DNA of 62,092 nucleotides, counting the filler, from Choristocarpus tenellus KU-1152 (Eukaryota > Protista > Phaeophyceae), in the NCBI GenBank assembly GCA_964200185.2. It is 10 parts of 10 records of this genome, joined end to end, with 100 filler letters (N's around TTAATTAATTAA, not from the genome) between each part and the next. Parts side by side here need not be neighbours in the genome. Positions count along the whole stretch, not along the records: positions 1 to 16,051 come from CAXNAD020000882.1; positions 16,152 to 20,050 come from CAXNAD020017263.1; positions 20,151 to 28,347 come from CAXNAD020005013.1; 7 more parts are not named here. One strand, 5' to 3'. This document shows, one piece after another, positions 13,101 through 24,300 of the stretch (position 1 is its first letter; each line of letters opens with the position of its first letter). Position numbers and translations under genes: made by a program. Under the pieces are notes generated by a model. It was not told where the DNA came from, searched no databases, and worked only from the letters and a program-made list of their open reading frames with translations.

Positions 13101-16051
13101 CTGTTGCTATACACAAAATGTAGATTGATTTTATGTAGTTAAGCAACCACTGTTCTTGTGTGTTACAATCCAGCACCCTGTAGACAAGACAGGGTAAATA
13201 CCTTGTGCTGCACGTGGTTAAGTCTCATCACCAATACAAACCGCTTGCTTCAACATTGACTGCTATTGCATACCAAGGGTCAGGACAATTTTCTGTTTTC
13301 CGTGACAAGGTGTACTGTAAAGAACAAAGATTATCTGCATCACCTTGTCTTCTGTTCATAAGGCCACCCTCACTTCACCATATTACATCCATCCTCCCCG
13401 TTCCCTCTGGCCCTGCGGCAAACCCATAAGTGCCCTCCTGCATTCAGTGGAAGGTGAAGGTTTGGCAGAGTATGGCCTACGGGCATATGGGGTGTACCGA
13501 AATCATGCTATCATCCTTGGGGGCATAGAAACATCAGGTATGGAAATGGAAGATGAGGGAGTACTGGGATCGTTCAAGGATGATTCAAGACCGTGGACTG
13601 CAAACGCACTGCCTCCTCCATGTGCATTTGATACCCAATCATCCACTCAAAGAGAGTGCCTTGTCAAAGATTACCACTTGAGGGGTAAAGACGAAGTCAC
13701 CACATCATCATGTGTTGTCGAAGACATTGGGAAAGTGGGAGGACAAGAAGAGCAAGACACAGATGTGTTCCCAGGTCGAGGGGAATTCTACACTGAGGTC
13801 GGTCTCTCGAGCAGGGTTGCAAAGAAGGCAGAGGGAGCAAGGTCTAGGTTGTTTGGAGAACATCAAGGAGAAGTGAATGGAGGAAGGGGTGCAAGGTACT
13901 CTGATGGCTGCAGTGGAAACAAGAGCGATAGTGAATTAGGAACCCCAGTGGACTTCATGCAAGGACGAGGAGAAGAGGCAGACACAGGTCAAAATATATA
14001 CTCTGGAAAGATGGCTGAACATCACCTACATGTGGAGCCACACCCACCCCCTCTGCACAGGTCTTCAAGTCCTCCCTCTGCAGCACACTCTTTGGGGGAT
14101 GCAATGATCCGACCTCGGAGAAGATGGACACAGGGTGTCCCTGACCTGGCTAGGGTCGAAACACATCATGAAAAGCAGAAGCAACTCAGAAATGATATCT
14201 TGGACGATCCACTGCCTCCCCCGCCCCCATTCATGATCCCTGAAAGCTCTGATTGGACACAGAAGAATGGTACTGCTGGGGAAAAGATTGAGGCATTGTC
14301 TCATAGGAAACATCGATCTGCCTCCTCGCTCACATGCAATGAGATGGGCATGCATGTAGAAACTCCAGTGGAGAGGGGGAAGGCAGGGACCAATGAAAGA
14401 AGGATGGAAGAACCCGTCAAGGTTCGAGTCTCCGAGAGCAGGGGTGGCAGCATCTTGACATATGATGCGTGTAGCGATGGCAGAAGCACTGGTGGTAGAG
14501 CAATCAGCTATAGTGCGACTGTAACAAGGGATGGCTTCCCATTGAGAACGAGCTCAGAGGATGGGCTATTGTCAAGTTCCACTGACGTCACACCTTCTAC
14601 CACTGGGGAGAGTTTGGAGGATGTATATAACGGACTGGTTGAAGGCTGCCCTTGGAACAAAGTGGGGGAAACACTGGAGGCCTCACTAAGACCTTCAAGC
14701 CTAGTGGAAAATCGAGGTGGGGTAAGCAGGTTAGACAGTGAACCCCAGTTGAAAGAGACCACCTCGGCAGGGGGTCCTTGGGATGAATACCAGGTGGGTA
14801 GTCAACAGGACAATGGAGGTTTGGGGGAAGGGGAAGGGGAAGGTTGTAATGAATCTGGAACTGATGATCGGTTTCATCCCTGTGGTTTAATGTCTGAGGT
14901 GGCTTCAGGTGAAGTACTAGAGGCATTTTGTATTGATACAAAACAGATAAATGTAGGCTCTCAGCAAAGTGGAGAAAAGAGCAGCCGTGATGCATCAGGG
15001 GAAACAAATGGGACGGATTCAAATGGATCTACGAGTACTGCAAGCCTGCCAGGGCCTCGATGTGACACACTTAGGCATGTTAATGTTGTTGGTGCTCAAA
15101 AGAGGCAGCCACAGAGAAGGGGAAATAACACCTGTCTGGACCAAGGAGGCAATAGTAGAGATGTCTCGCTCTCCCCAAGTGCTGCATCCATGTCAAACAG
15201 CAAAGTTTTCCAGAAATCTCAAACGTGTGATGTTGTGGAGTCCCCCCACTCCTTAGGTACAATGAATGTATGTGAGGGAAGTAAAATGTTGTCCCGTGGG
15301 ATATCGCCCATTTCTGCTGAGAGGACAAACCATGCAGAATTTCTTTGGTTTGGTGAGCCACATACAGATAAAGAGCCAAACCTTCCATCAGACCCAACTC
15401 TTGATGCATTTTGCGATGGTGGTTTTGGAAGTGGTGAGAAATTGGAGGAGGAATTCGTAGGCACAGGTCTTGAAGATGGACAGGGAAAGACCTATGAGGT
15501 GACAAAGGAGTCCCTACTCCTGCAAATGGAAGTACAGCAACAGAGGGAAATTGTTCAGCGGCGCCAACGGGCAGAGCTTGAACAAGCAAGGGACAGGCGT
15601 ATCCATGTGGGTGTGGAGTTATTGAGGCGATTAGACATGCTACGCCCTAGCCTACCTGCAGCAACACAGTCATTGCTGCTGCAGGATCAGCAGCAGCAAT
15701 ATATTCAGGCAATGGTCAAACCTGATGAGCTGCCTCCATGTGATCCAAGCTCTGTAAATGGTGTGACGCCAGGGGTGGAGTTGGAACTTGGCGGGAAGAG
15801 TCGGACAACAGGGGCGGCTGACAGAAGGGTGCTTCCACAGCAACCGGTTGGAGCTGGAATTCTCTCCCATCGTGGGATTACCCCATGTCTTGCCCTGTCC
15901 CCCAACAAAGTTATGGCGGATATTTCACAATCTCCTGCTATCTCTTTTGCATCTGATTTTGAAAGCGTAAATAATGACACATCACCTCAGGTTAGCCTAG
16001 CAGGGTGTTCTGGGAGAAGGCCAGCTGGAGTTGGAGCGAATCCTTGGGTGG
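10104..16051 (+). CDS. Multi-exon gene: N-terminal globular domain (possible inactive VTD/peptidase-C76-like fold) plus long low-complexity region; 3' truncated
   Basis: 227-aa ORF 10104-10787 ending at a CAG|GTGAAG donor, followed by co-oriented long ORFs 11604-12344 and 13345-16051 (S/G/E-rich, with a Q/R-rich coiled-coil-like segment). Joining them into one gene is inferred. Confidence 0.55.
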
Positions 16052-16151
16052 NNNNNNNNNNNNNNNNNNNNNNNNNNNNNNNNNNNNNNNNNNNNTTAAT
16101 TAATTAANNNNNNNNNNNNNNNNNNNNNNNNNNNNNNNNNNNNNNNNNNNN
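16052..16151. other. Artificial contig linker N44-TTAATTAATTAA-N44
   Basis: Identical 100-bp spacer with stops in all six frames. It recurs at 20051-20150, 28348-28447, 32930-33029, 40734-40833, 47508-47607, 50457-50556, 55234-55333 and 59355-59454. Confidence 0.98.
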
Positions 16152-16160
16152 GGGATGACT

Positions 16161-16260
16161 GGCAATCAGTGACAAAGGGCATTTGCACTGGTTGGTCATC
16201 CAATGGAATGGAGGGCAATCAGTGACAAAGGGCATTTGCACTGGTTGGTAACCAAATGGG
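16161..16260 (+). repeat. ~53-bp tandem repeat (about 2 copies, cut by contig edge)
   Basis: GGCAATCAGTGACAAAGGGCATTTGCACTGGTTGGT occurs twice in direct orientation. Confidence 0.85.
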
Positions 16261-16482
16261 GAATAGAGGATAGAGGAATAAGAAAATAGGAATGTGCAAA
16301 ATAATAATAATAATCCAGAATTCGTGAGCAAAATAAATTGTAGTAATAAAAGTAGTAAATCGAATCAAACATGACGATAACCATATTGCTAGTAGTGATG
16401 TCGCATATTGATATGATATGATAACCATAATACTTCCGAAGGTACAATACGATACGATACGGTAGACTAACTTCCTTTATAT

Positions 16483-17652
16483 TATATTATTATGCCCTCT
16501 GTCAGGGACAGATTCCTTTTTCGGGATCTCCGACACACACACTTGTGCGCGCCAACCACATCATTTGAACTCACCCATACCGACCAGTCCAATAAACCAA
16601 CCACACTGATAAGAAGAGCCGGATTTGACCAAACAGCCAAAATGGAATGTCAGAATGAAGATCCATTCCGATTCTGACTGGTCCATTTCTCTGCTGTGAC
16701 GTTGCTTAGTCCTTCTGGAACATCTGTTGTGTCTTGAGGTTTTCGTTCTGTTCTGGATTCCCTCAACTGTTCTGAGATGTTGGGCCAAGACCTTCGATAC
16801 TCGGTCTCACCCTCTGAGGTGGAAGAGTTCACTCCAGTGATCGTGATTGCCCCCTTGAGCAGAGAACTTGCCACCTTTGACAATTCCACACCTCTTAACA
16901 TTTTCCAAATAAATGTACAAAAGGAAAAACTAATAATGAAAAACTACTCACATATCTGGAAAATCCCTAAAGAACAGTTATGACGAAAGTGAAAAATGCA
17001 AATCTATTTCCTATTTGACTACCACATAACTATGATTTACTACTACCTTCCTGTGTCCCAAAACTATTCCCGCACCCCAGGGTGAGGACCTAGGGAAGCA
17101 TCCAACGAATCTAGCAAGCCCCTCCTTGCCCATCTCCCCGGTGATTCGGCTTAAAATGCATTGCATATATTGGAATTTTGTAACACTTTCGTGGAAAGTT
17201 CTAGGTGCATCAGCAAGCAACCAGAAAGTTATCTCGATGAGTTGACTGCGCTCAAGATAGCGGGAAGAGGGGTGGGAAGCTACAGTAGTAAAGGAGCTTC
17301 CAAATCCCGTTTACCACAGATAGTGTTGTCACAACACGAGTGGCTATCAAGACCGTGCCATGCTTTTTAAGCTGGAGACACCAGGGAGATGGACAAGGAG
17401 GGGCCTGTCAGATTCTTGAGATACTTCCCTAGCTCCTCGTCAGGGGGTGTAGGGCTAAGCTAAGTTGGAGGCACAGGAGGGGAGTGGTGTAGCATAGCTG
17501 GTAGTAAAATAATAAGTAGATGATGGAATAATACATTTCACATTTACGACAATTAATTGTTGCTTTTACAGGGGTTCTAATGATATTCAATTTACTTTTC
17601 ATTGGTTTTTCCCCTGACACATCTACAAAATGTCAGAGGGTATAATATTATA
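16483..17652. mobile_element. Composite non-autonomous DNA element (family C ends) with an internal inverted repeat
   Basis: Left end TATATTATTATGCCCTCTGTCA versus reverse complement of right end TATAATATTATACCCTCTGACA (19/22 match). Internal inverted repeat at ~17088-17145 and ~17378-17432. Related pieces at 31200-31490, 40575-40700, 46440-46600, 55045-55130 and 55500-55570. Confidence 0.65.
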
Positions 17653-19641
17653 TGGTATATACATATTGCATAGTCCAGTAACGTACAGTAATTTGGGGGC
17701 AAACACAACAACATGGTAGGGTCTGGCGTTCGACCAGTTGTACGGTCTGATATCGGCACTATTTCGTTAGTTATGTGGTACGGTAATTATAGACTCTTCA
17801 GTTTTCCACTATGGTAGACGTTTCTACCACGAGACGTCCTCCTAGTTAAACATCCTGGGAGGCCCTTCTCATTATTCACTTGCGAACTGCGTTCCCCCAG
17901 TTGATGATGAGTCTAACACACCACCATATGTTACAGCACGCTCCAAAGCTTACCTCCACAGGATGTATAACTCCAGTTCACAAGCCTATAGATGGCGCTG
18001 ATGCACGTACAGGACTCCTGATACACAAGTCGTCAAGTGTGCTGGATCTCTCACTTCGATTATTCCCTTCATCATAAGTTTCAATTATCATCGTATAAAA
18101 AGGAACTGGCAACAATGTCCTCCTATGGGCATGATAATGACTGCATAAATAAATAGTCAAGAAGTAAAAATATATAATATCTAGGACTTAAAGGTCATAA
18201 TGGCATTAATGAAACCGCCTTCAAGACATACCGCCTGCAACACATATAATATTAAATCTTGCACTATTTTTATATGAAAATGCTAAGTTTAGAATTGTTA
18301 TATAAGAGTGGCAGTGTGAGTGAGTGTGTGTGCGTGTGTGTGTATTTATGTGTGGTGGCATGAGAAATGAGAAAACCCCATTGTTGTTGTTTGACGGGGT
18401 AGAAGAAGTGGACATCAATGGTTAGGTGGGGTTCCTCAATGACGACTCTCTCTTCACACTAATCGCACACCACCAAATCATGAACAGGCTGTATGATCTC
18501 CGACATTGTGCAGCAGCACTTTCTCCTACAAGAAATGGGTGAACATTGATATCCCCACACACTCACTGCTGGTGTTAATTGGGAAAGGGGTGAGGGGACA
18601 GTCAATTGTGTCACTTGCTAGCTTCGGAACAAGTCTCAAACTGTGGACACAACATATATGATCCAAGCAAAAGCAACTCGACTCACAGTGGGCGGTAGTC
18701 TATTCGACACAGTAACCACTCGCTACCACTTTGCCACCTCTCAGTAATTTGAAAATTATGCCCTGGTCGTCTTGCACTTTCTTCTTTGTTGACCATACAC
18801 TAGCCTCGATCACCTCCTTGTTGTGTTCCTGTCATTGTTGACAACCAAGACAGGACACCTCATGTCTTCATTGTGATCCACTGGAGGAGATGAACTTGTG
18901 AACGAACTTCCTTACCACTGATCTCGTGGCAGACTTCCTCAGTTTGGTGGCCTCAATAACAGTCACCGTCACTGCACAGCCCCTTGAACCAAGTTGAGGA
19001 GACGTCAAAATAGTCCTCTCTGTACCTGGTGCCATGCTGCCAGTTGCAGAAGAATCTTGCCTCTTCAATATCCATGCATCCATGTAACCATCCTAGCTGA
19101 GTTGTTTTCCTCCAACAAAGGGGCAACCTTTACCTCTTCATCCTCGGTCCTCCTTTTTCTTTGCTCAACCCTTAACGTTTCACATTCCATCTCCATGACT
19201 TAGTCCCAAATAAGAAACAAGTGAACACCTCCATTATCGTCTATTAGGTATAAATGGTAAATTATACTACTCGGAGTATATTACACACTTCTTGTGGTGT
19301 CGTCTACAATCACACCCCATAGATCTGTTCATGTGAATAACCCATGTTTTGATGGTCCATGATCTCTATATATTTCATGCAATATCCACAATCCACCCTT
19401 GAGTGCAAAGAATATGAATATATTGCGTCTATTCGGAAACAGATTTGAATAGTATCATACTCACAGTTTCTATTTGTACGGTAAGTCCTGTTTTCAGACA
19501 CTACGGTACAGGTTCTCTTAGCTTTTTTCATGGTGTTTCACGATTTTTTACGATACGGTATGGTAAAGATTATCGTTACCATCTTATTGTAACGGTACGG
19601 TATTTCTTGGATTTCCACAATACAATACGAAATGATTACCA

Positions 19642-20050
19642 CGGTGTCCCCTCAGAAGACCTGACTGAAATTATTGACCAAGACTGGGTAACCTGGGGGT
19701 GGAACAGCACCACGTGCACCTGGCCCAGAGGTCCACATCCTGGCAGTTCATGACGCCAGGATCACAAGGAGGGCTCAGCACGAGATCACACGCCTCCTCA
19801 ACAAGATCCGTTTTGACTCTTTCAGGACACAGCTAGCTGACCTTCCAAATGAGGCACATCAAGGGAGGGAAAGCTCTTCATTAGCCCTGGCGCGCCACCG
19901 GAGCCAGTGTGGACAAGGAGCAAATGCCTGGGCCTCAATGCAACCGCTGGAACCAGCATGCCAGATCCCCCCTCAGGAATTCAAGCTCACAGTCAGCAGA
20001 TCCCTAGGGAGAGAGGAGGCCCTACCGAACAGGTACCCAGTGGCAGGATG
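19642..20050 (+). mobile_element. CRE-like (restriction-endonuclease-type) non-LTR retrotransposon fragment
   Basis: Translation LAVHDARITRRAQHEITRLLNKIRFDSFRTQLADLP..ALARHRSQCGQGANAWASMQP..IPPQEFKLTVSRSLG..RYPVAG matches the 'AR.RS..G.GA.AW...P....F.....LG' segment preceding the CCHC/REL domain. One frameshift near 19700; cut by the linker. Confidence 0.65.
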
Positions 20051-20150
20051 NNNNNNNNNNNNNNNNNNNNNNNNNNNNNNNNNNNNNNNNNNNNTTAATT
20101 AATTAANNNNNNNNNNNNNNNNNNNNNNNNNNNNNNNNNNNNNNNNNNNN

Positions 20151-20335
20151 TTTGGCTATCATGTTTGTTAGGAGATGTCAATATCCTTGTTCCAGACACA
20201 CATTTTCATAAGGTATACATTTTACCTACTCCGAAACTTGTTGGAGTAGGTAAAATGCCATTAAAAACCCATGGAAAGCCAAACCCCAAATGGACAAACA
20301 GGACAAAACTCGTACCCTCTAAGATACTTTCACTC
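20151..20335 (-). mobile_element. MITE family A partial copy
   Basis: Reverse-complement match to 61173-61429, ending TACCCTCTAAGATACTTTCACTC. Confidence 0.85.
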
Positions 20336-21377
20336 TATTTTAGATCTTAGAAATTAGTTTGATTTAATAAAATAGAAAATGTAAATTAACAGACACTTGG
20401 GTGAAGCTTTATGTTTGATATATTCATTTTATTGTTGACAAATGTGCATGTTTGTATGGTTAAAGAGTGCTACTCTGATAGTAAAAAGCAAGTGTTTCGG
20501 AAGAATTACACTATGACAGCGTAATGCAGCAATACATACCAATTAAAAATATATATATATATTATAAACCTGTACTCTTCAATTTTCCTGTCTGACAATG
20601 ATTGCTACCATAAACTAGAAAATATTTGAATGTGTCGACTCTTGTGCATTGAACATGTTATATTCCCAAGTATTATTCATACAGTAGTAGAGGCACATCT
20701 TTAGTGGTGTGAATTGAAAAAATATTCAGTTTCTTATTTGTTGACTCAATGCAATTGAACCAATGTCTGGGCGCAAGGTGAAGTGAGGGGTGTGAAATGC
20801 TAAGTGTTGCAAGGTGACTGCAAGGAAACACCGAGAACTGCAAAGAAGTTTGAAGCGAGTGATGCAGTGCATATGTGCCAGATGAAACAATAGACTAATC
20901 AAGAGTTGTCTGCTCTGATTTTGATTATTCTTCAAGTAGATGTATACTCACTGGATTGAATTGCTCCAATTCACAATGGCGGTTATCCTTCCAACTCTGA
21001 ATCCCCATTCGCCATTGATATACTGTATACCTTTTGTGCTGTAGTAGCACAGGAAGCAGTGTAAAAGGATATAATGTGCAGGATATTTGCTAGTGGTAAA
21101 TGGTGTGTGGATTACCTTTGTTCAATAGCCTACTCTGGGTAAAAAAAGAAAGTGCCTTCGTATAGTTTGGAATGGAAGGCAGTGCTGGTGCTTATGAAGT
21201 GAAGGTGGGGATGGTGGGCATCTATGGTGGGTCAAGGAAGGTTCAATGTCTGGAGTTGTCTTGTCCCTTATGTGACTGTCTTCTTTTCTCTCTCACCCTC
21301 CCCCTCCTACCTCTCTCTCTCCAACACTTGCAATGTCTGCTTTGCATGTTGCCTTTAATATTATGTTGTGTTGGCAG

Positions 21378-24300
21378 GTTGTATCCCTGCAGCTCTCTCC
21401 AGATTGACTTATCTCATGCGTCTGGAGCTGGATGGCAATCAACTCACAGGTGTGTGCACAATCTCATTGCAATCCTAGCATTTCGGTTATTGGGTAAGGA
21501 GGTTGTCCCACCATGTATACCCTCCTCCCAGCCTTCCGCTATCTCCATCGTAGTGGTTTCAACTATAGTGGTTATGGAAGTAGCTCACAGTGCATATGCT
21601 GTAAATATATTAGAGAAATGCGGACACGATACCTAGCAAAAGGTCTTGTTGTTTCAGTGTTAGTGACATTTAGGTGATGAGGTATTGTTACTGTTCTAAG
21701 TATGGTTGTGATTGTTGCTAATATTTCTGTTGATCACCCTGTGCGATTTGGATGAAGGTGCCCTCCTTTGAAGGATTGACCATGTATCTATTATGGGGTG
21801 AAATGCGATCTAGGATATTTGTAATTGCTACTGTAGAACTTCTGTATACATTTGTGTATGTTCCCTTGCAGGGACGATTGGGAGGATGATGTATGGTAGG
21901 ATACGACAAGCAGGACTGTTGAGGGTGTATGAATGCATACATAAGTATGCATAGATATTTGTTAATGTTTCAGTGTATGTAAGAGGAGGCATGAAAGTAT
22001 ATATGTACAGATTCCCCATCATAAGGAAGACTTGGCCTGTATATGTCACTTGCACCCACAAGTGCCTTGAGACTTTGCCTTAGGTAAGACCATCAAAATT
22101 GTTTAGTTGGTTGTTTTGACTTTTGACTGTGTGTCTAGTTGTGTCTAGTTGTGTCTTGAGTGTTGGCTCCTCACCGCTGTGATGTTTTTGTCTTTGTTCT
22201 TATTAATGTACTGTGTGTCCTCTGCAGGTGGTATCCCGCCAGAGCTGGGCGATTTGTCACACCTGAAGCTGCTCTTTCTTGATAACAACAATCTCAGTGG
22301 TAAGTACCGAGTGAGAGGTAGTGACTGCAGTTGGTGGTTGAGTGTATTGTGTGTCACATAGTGTTATTTGTATTGCAATAATGTGAAGATAGGTGTAGCT
22401 GTTCTGTAATAATGTGTGTTATTGAAGTGTTGATATGTTAAAACAGTGTTTATTTGTGTAGTTTACATGTTCTAATAGGACTATGTGAGTGTTAAAGCAG
22501 TATTGATGTGTTCGAGGATTTTTTGTGTTATACTAGTGTTGAAGTGTTAGAATACTGTTGCATGTGTTGCAGTAGTGTTGGCCAGAAAAATGTTGCATGC
22601 GTTAAGATGATATTCTTTCACCCGCTCTTGTTTTTATCTGATAGGAATTCCTATTGAGTTGCAGGAGTTTTTTATGAATATTTTTCAAACTGTGTTTGTG
22701 AAAGTGTATCCGGTTCATGCATACTTTTGATGTGTATTGTCTACTTTTTATCTGTAAACCTTGTAGAACTCTAGAATTTGTTGCAGTATTCTTTAGTTGT
22801 TGACTTTTTTCTTGTGTCAGGGCTGTGTATGACATGGGTGCTCAGTCTGCTCTATGATAAAAGAGTGTGTGCTTGGAAGTGTTAAGTGATTTTGTTGTGG
22901 GGCACTTGGATGTATAGGTTATGTTACAATAGTGCATGCTGGAGTTTGTTTTCAATCTAGTTTTGTCTCCTTCTATTTAGACGCTTGTTCTTTATTTTGA
23001 AACACTTTTTTCTGGTCAGATTTGCTGCCTCAGTTATTACCAGCATTTGACTGTTACTAGTAGTCGAGGTTAGTGTTGTGAATGGGTCTTACTTCCTTCC
23101 CTGATCATACCCGCTCATCCATGTACCCCACTACCTGACTATGGATTATTGTGTGTTGACAGGTGAAATACCTCCAGAACTTGGTCGGCTATCCTGCCTA
23201 TATCGCCTGGACTTGTCTCACAACCAGCTCTCAGGTACATACAAATATGCTTATGTCCATACATGTTGCACAGAGTCTGATAGTCTATAGGATGGCGTTA
23301 TATGTGTGCTCAAGTCCTTGTCTGAGTTTGTTCGGTCAGCATGACTGTTGCATCACTTTAGATCATTAATATGAATATTAGGAGGTCATGTACCATTGTT
23401 CGCCTTAGTACCAAATGCAGGAGCATCAGACTATGAATACATCATAGTAATAACAATAATATCAATGCTAATGTTCTGCCCTAACCCAAGGTAGTGCGCA
23501 TAAGAGGTATGTTGGGTGAGGGTTTATTTTTGCCACTTTTTTGTTAGTGTTGTGAATTCAAAGTTTTGCTGACTATAATTTTTGTTCACTTAGAATAGAG
23601 TGTGTACTACATAGATTGTGTTAGGATCAAAATGTGCATGTTGTGATCGGAGTACAAGAGGCAAGACTCTCGGAGTGGCCTGGAGCGCTGTGACGAAATT
23701 TCAGCAGAATTGCAGTATGCAGACTCTGAGAAGATGACAATAGTCTTATCCCTCTATGTTTGATGTTAGTTATCTTCAATCCTGAGGCATGAATAGCTTA
23801 CGTTGGTTTTGTGTTGTAGGAAAATTTGTGCCAGAAGAGCAAGGATGTAGTATAATTGTGCAGAAAAACAAAGTGCTCTATATATACTAAGAATGTTGTC
23901 CTAGGCAAAACGTGATCTTTGCATTGACAATCAGTTTTGGAATTTCTAGAAATGATAGTAGAAGTAAACGGTTGTGAAACTTCAGTAGGTGCTGCTCCTG
24001 GTCTATTTTTGCTGCTTTCTCTCTATCTTTATATGTGTGTGTTATCTGTTCCTTTGGATCAGATGCATTCTAGTATTGGCTATAATATACATAGAATTGT
24101 ACTACGTATACTAAATCTATTTACGTTGTTGCTGCAAACTTGTGTATGTATAATAAACGGGATTATCTTAAGAGCAAGACATACTAGTTCACATGGAGTA
24201 TACACGAAGTATTACAAAGTTCTGGGACAGGTCAGGAACTTGCTGCTGCACCCAGTTGTCCTTCACTTTCTTCCTCTCCTCAATCCCTCTCCCTTCCCGT

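Noticed and set aside
16161-16260. CRISPR-like 36-bp repeat with short spacer
   Set aside because: Only two units, similar intervening sequence, eukaryotic context and no cas genes; an ordinary minisatellite.
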